The notes below the pieces were generated by a model. That model searched no databases, was not told the DNA's origin, and saw nothing but the letters and a program-made list of their open reading frames with translations. From Methanobacteriota archaeon (GTDB lineage: Archaea; Thermoplasmatota; Poseidoniia; Poseidoniales; Poseidoniaceae), in the NCBI GenBank assembly GCA_018650165.1, contig JABIGM010000041.1:22229-86228 (forward strand): a stretch of 64,000 nt of DNA, written 5' to 3'. Position numbers and translations under genes: made by a program. Of this stretch, positions 61,651-64,000 are shown in pieces. The first letter of the stretch is position 1. Each line of letters opens with the position of its first letter.

Positions 61651-62994
61651 ATGCGCAGGGTAATTGTCATTCTTTGTATTCTGCTGCTTCTGCCTCTTAC
61701 AAGTGCAGTACCTGATGCAACTGTTCATATCACACTTGAGCGTCGCTTATCGAATTATGATATAGGGATAAATGGGGGTGTTGTTTCTCCAAACGGGGTT
61801 TCAGTATTGATTTACGGTGAAGATGGTTATGTACATTTATTGTCTACAGAAAACGCTGATGATGAGTCAACAGATATAGTTCTAGAAAACGAGACCACAA
61901 ATAATCTGAATGCTGCTTCTTGGCATCCCGGGGGAAAAAGTGCATTGATAGTTGGAGATTCAGGGACTGTGCTTCGGTACAACTCGACAAACTATGCCCT
62001 AGGTGAGGCTGAAGGTTCCTTTTCAATTTCAAACAAAGATATCAATGCGATTCAATTCACTCCAGGTTCTTCCGTGGCATATCTTGGTACAGATGATGGA
62101 CAAATTTGGAAATATTATGCTGATACCTTCACCATGCTAGATAATCAAGCATCTTCCAGAGTAACCGATATTGCCTGTATGAAGAATGAAAATATATGTG
62201 TGGCTTCAACTTTAAATGATGGTCTTGCAGTAATCGATCAGGCAGATAAAATTACATGGCTACCTCAATCAACACCTGGGCATACCTGGGTTGGGGTCGG
62301 CTGTGAAGACCCGACTATGAACTACTGCACAGGTTTTGCAAGTGGAAAGAAAGTAGCCTTAATCAATATAGATGTACTAGATAGTTCTAAATCTACACTT
62401 GGAGATATAATTATTCTAGGACAGTTAGAAGGTGATTCAATTGCCGAGAATCCAGCAGCTGATTCGTCGACATTAATCGCGTTAGCACCTCTCGGAATTG
62501 TACGCTGGACTTTGTATACCGAAGAAGCATTTTTGATGTTCTCAAACAAAAACGCCTCGGATGTGGATATTTTTCTCAGTGGTGATAGTTATGGCATGGC
62601 ATGGGAGAACTCTGAAAACACGGGGTTCCTAGTTACAAGCCAAGGCCGGATTGTTTCATTCGCTCCAGCTACTGAAGATGCTTCAAGCAGTATGCCAACC
62701 TTCGTGTTAGTATTGATTGCATTATGTGTGCCAGGAGTATTCATTGGTCTTCTTTATTGGAATGTTCCGTGGCTGCAAAGGAAATATGCAAAGTTGGTTG
62801 GGCGTGGCAAAAAATCAGATAATTCTTCAGTAAAAAAGGAAAAGAAAAAAAATAAAAAAATAAAACCTTTGTCAGAAGATAAAACAAAAAGTCAAACATC
62901 AAATCGGACTACAATAATTCAAAATATTACTATCAAAGATAGTGTTATTGCAGGAGACTTTCAAGCAGACATTAATACAGAGGAAAAGTTGTAA
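61651..62994 (+). CDS. Secreted beta-propeller-like surface protein with a C-terminal TM anchor and Lys-rich tail
   Basis: Signal peptide MRRVIVILCILLLLPLTSA. Repeats such as GDSGTVLRYNS and GTDDGQIWKYY. TM PTFVLVLIALCVPGVFIGLLYW, then KKSDNSSVKKEKKKNKKIK. Confidence 0.65.
   Translation: MRRVIVILCILLLLPLTSAVPDATVHITLERRLSNYDIGINGGVVSPNGVSVLIYGEDGYVHLLSTENADDESTDIVLENETTNNLNAASWHPGGKSALIVGDSGTVLRYNSTNYALGEAEGSFSISNKDINAIQFTPGSSVAYLGTDDGQIWKYYADTFTMLDNQASSRVTDIACMKNENICVASTLNDGLAVIDQADKITWLPQSTPGHTWVGVGCEDPTMNYCTGFASGKKVALINIDVLDSSKSTLGDIIILGQLEGDSIAENPAADSSTLIALAPLGIVRWTLYTEEAFLMFSNKNASDVDIFLSGDSYGMAWENSENTGFLVTSQGRIVSFAPATEDASSSMPTFVLVLIALCVPGVFIGLLYWNVPWLQRKYAKLVGRGKKSDNSSVKKEKKKNKKIKPLSEDKTKSQTSNRTTIIQNITIKDSVIAGDFQADINTEEKL
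62752..62815 (+). repeat. Direct repeat copy 1 (inside the 3' part of the 61651-62994 CDS)
   Basis: This 64-nt segment aligns without gaps to 63230-63293 at a constant offset of 478 nt. I counted 53/64 identities, including a 21-nt perfect core tatgcaaagttggttgggcgt. Confidence 0.85.
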
Positions 62995-63226
62995 TAGTTC
63001 TAAGGAAAAGCCCTCAGTGCATTCTTCTTAGATATGATTGGAATTAACTGGGCCAGTCTAGGCACTGACGTTCCCAGGGTTTAATTACATGCGCTAACAA
63101 TACGCGTACTATCTTGGCCCCTTCATAGATTTGATTGTCTTATCATCTCGAAAGAACTCTCATCAGGGGAATTGTTGGTATATCTAGATTCACCCAGAAC
63201 TTGAATTTATCTTTCAGAAATCCACT

Positions 63227-63295
63227 TTGCTTTATTGGAATAGCCCATGGTTGCAACGACAGTATGCAAAGTTGGTTGGGCGTAGTAAAAAATAG
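63227..63295 (+). pseudogene. Orphan 3'-terminal gene fragment homologous to the C-terminus of the 61651-62994 protein (direct repeat copy 2)
   Basis: It translates to LLYWNSPWLQRQYAKLVGRSKK-stop, against LLYWNVPWLQRKYAKLVGRGKK in the intact gene. An in-frame stop 14 codons upstream (63185) shows that only the tail is present. Confidence 0.7.
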
Positions 63296-63343
63296 AGAAT
63301 AAGCCCCTAACCTTCATGTGGTTCATACGACCGCACAGCAAAC

Positions 63344-64000
63344 ATGGAGCCATTTGAGGGTCTAGACTTCTACGATATCGAATCTCTAATGACAGAAGAA
63401 GAGGTCATGATTCGCGATATGGTTCGTGAATGGGTTGATGAAGAAGTACTTCCAAAAATCGAGCATGCTTGTGCAGAAGGAATCTTTCCGGATGAATGGA
63501 GAGTTGCCCTAGGTGAGATGGGGGTACTAGGTGCTCCACTGAAAGGCTACGGCTGCCCTGGACTCTCATACACCGCATACGGTCTTATCTGTCAAGAATT
63601 AGAGCGAGGAGACTCAGGTCTACGTTCATTTGCTAGTGTCCAAGGATCATTGGCAATGTACCCGATTTGGGACTTTGGAAGTGAAGAACAGAAGGAACAT
63701 TACCTGCCAAAGATGGCATCCGGGGAATGGATTGGCTGCTTCGGATTGACTGAGCCTGATTATGGTTCTAATCCAGGTGACATGATCACCAAGGCAGAGG
63801 ATAAGGGCGACCACTATCTTCTCAACGGAGCAAAGATGTGGATTACCAACGGGACCATTGCAGACCTCGCAGTCGTATGGGCTAAACTTGATGGTGTAAT
63901 ACGTGGATTTATTGTTGAGAAAGACGATGAAGGATTTAGTGCACCAGAGATGAAAGGTAAGCACTCACTAAAAGCCAGTGTTACCAGTGAACTAGTATTC
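63344..64000 (+). CDS. Acyl-CoA dehydrogenase (glutaryl-CoA dehydrogenase-like); 3' end outside the window
   Basis: Manual translation from ATG 63344 is open to the window end. GCFGLTEPDYGSNPG and GAKMWITNG are ACAD signatures. It is absent from the ORF track because no stop lies within the window. Confidence 0.85.
   Translation, partial: MEPFEGLDFYDIESLMTEEEVMIRDMVREWVDEEVLPKIEHACAEGIFPDEWRVALGEMGVLGAPLKGYGCPGLSYTAYGLICQELERGDSGLRSFASVQGSLAMYPIWDFGSEEQKEHYLPKMASGEWIGCFGLTEPDYGSNPGDMITKAEDKGDHYLLNGAKMWITNGTIADLAVVWAKLDGVIRGFIVEKDDEGFSAPEMKGKHSLKASVTSELVF

Overview
This is a very gene-dense archaeal chromosomal segment with about 58 protein-coding genes and one tRNA-Ser(CGA). I found no rRNA, CRISPR array, transposase or integrase. 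Archaeal identity follows from aIF2-alpha, Nop10, ribosomal proteins L10e, L37e, L44e and S27e, ABCE1, RPA with an RPA-associated protein, Hel308, a Cgi121-like protein, GGPP synthase with geranylgeranyl reductase, and a class-III-signal pilin. Bacterial-type gyrBA, mutS-mutL, ETF with acyl-CoA dehydrogenase, and large PKD-repeat surface proteins are also present. That combination suggests a streamlined marine heterotrophic Thermoplasmatota (Marine Group II-like) lineage; this is inference only, since no search was run. Most starts are preceded by a GGAGGTGA-like Shine-Dalgarno sequence. Many same-strand genes overlap by 1-11 nt, and all nine convergent CDS pairs have abutting or overlapping stop codons. 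The most interesting candidates are listed here. (1) Two tandem paralogous genes (45741-49140) fuse a Cas4/AddB-type Fe-S PD-(D/E)XK nuclease domain to two OB-like barrels and have no helicase; I cannot match this architecture to a characterised family. (2) A six-gene, near-gapless string joins RPA and the RPA-associated protein to a minimal Tad/Epd-like pilus machine with a split platform and a FlaI/TadA-like ATPase. (3) A 562-aa protein carries two N-terminal SAP/HeH motifs. (4) Three proteins look degenerate: a HemC-like protein lacking catalytic Asp and cofactor Cys, a ThiI-like protein lacking the PP-loop, and an L44e lacking three of four zinc cysteines. (5) A diverged 64-nt copy of a surface-protein 3' end lies 478 nt downstream of the intact copy. 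All functional calls rest on motif reading and recalled family knowledge and need profile or structure searches to confirm.
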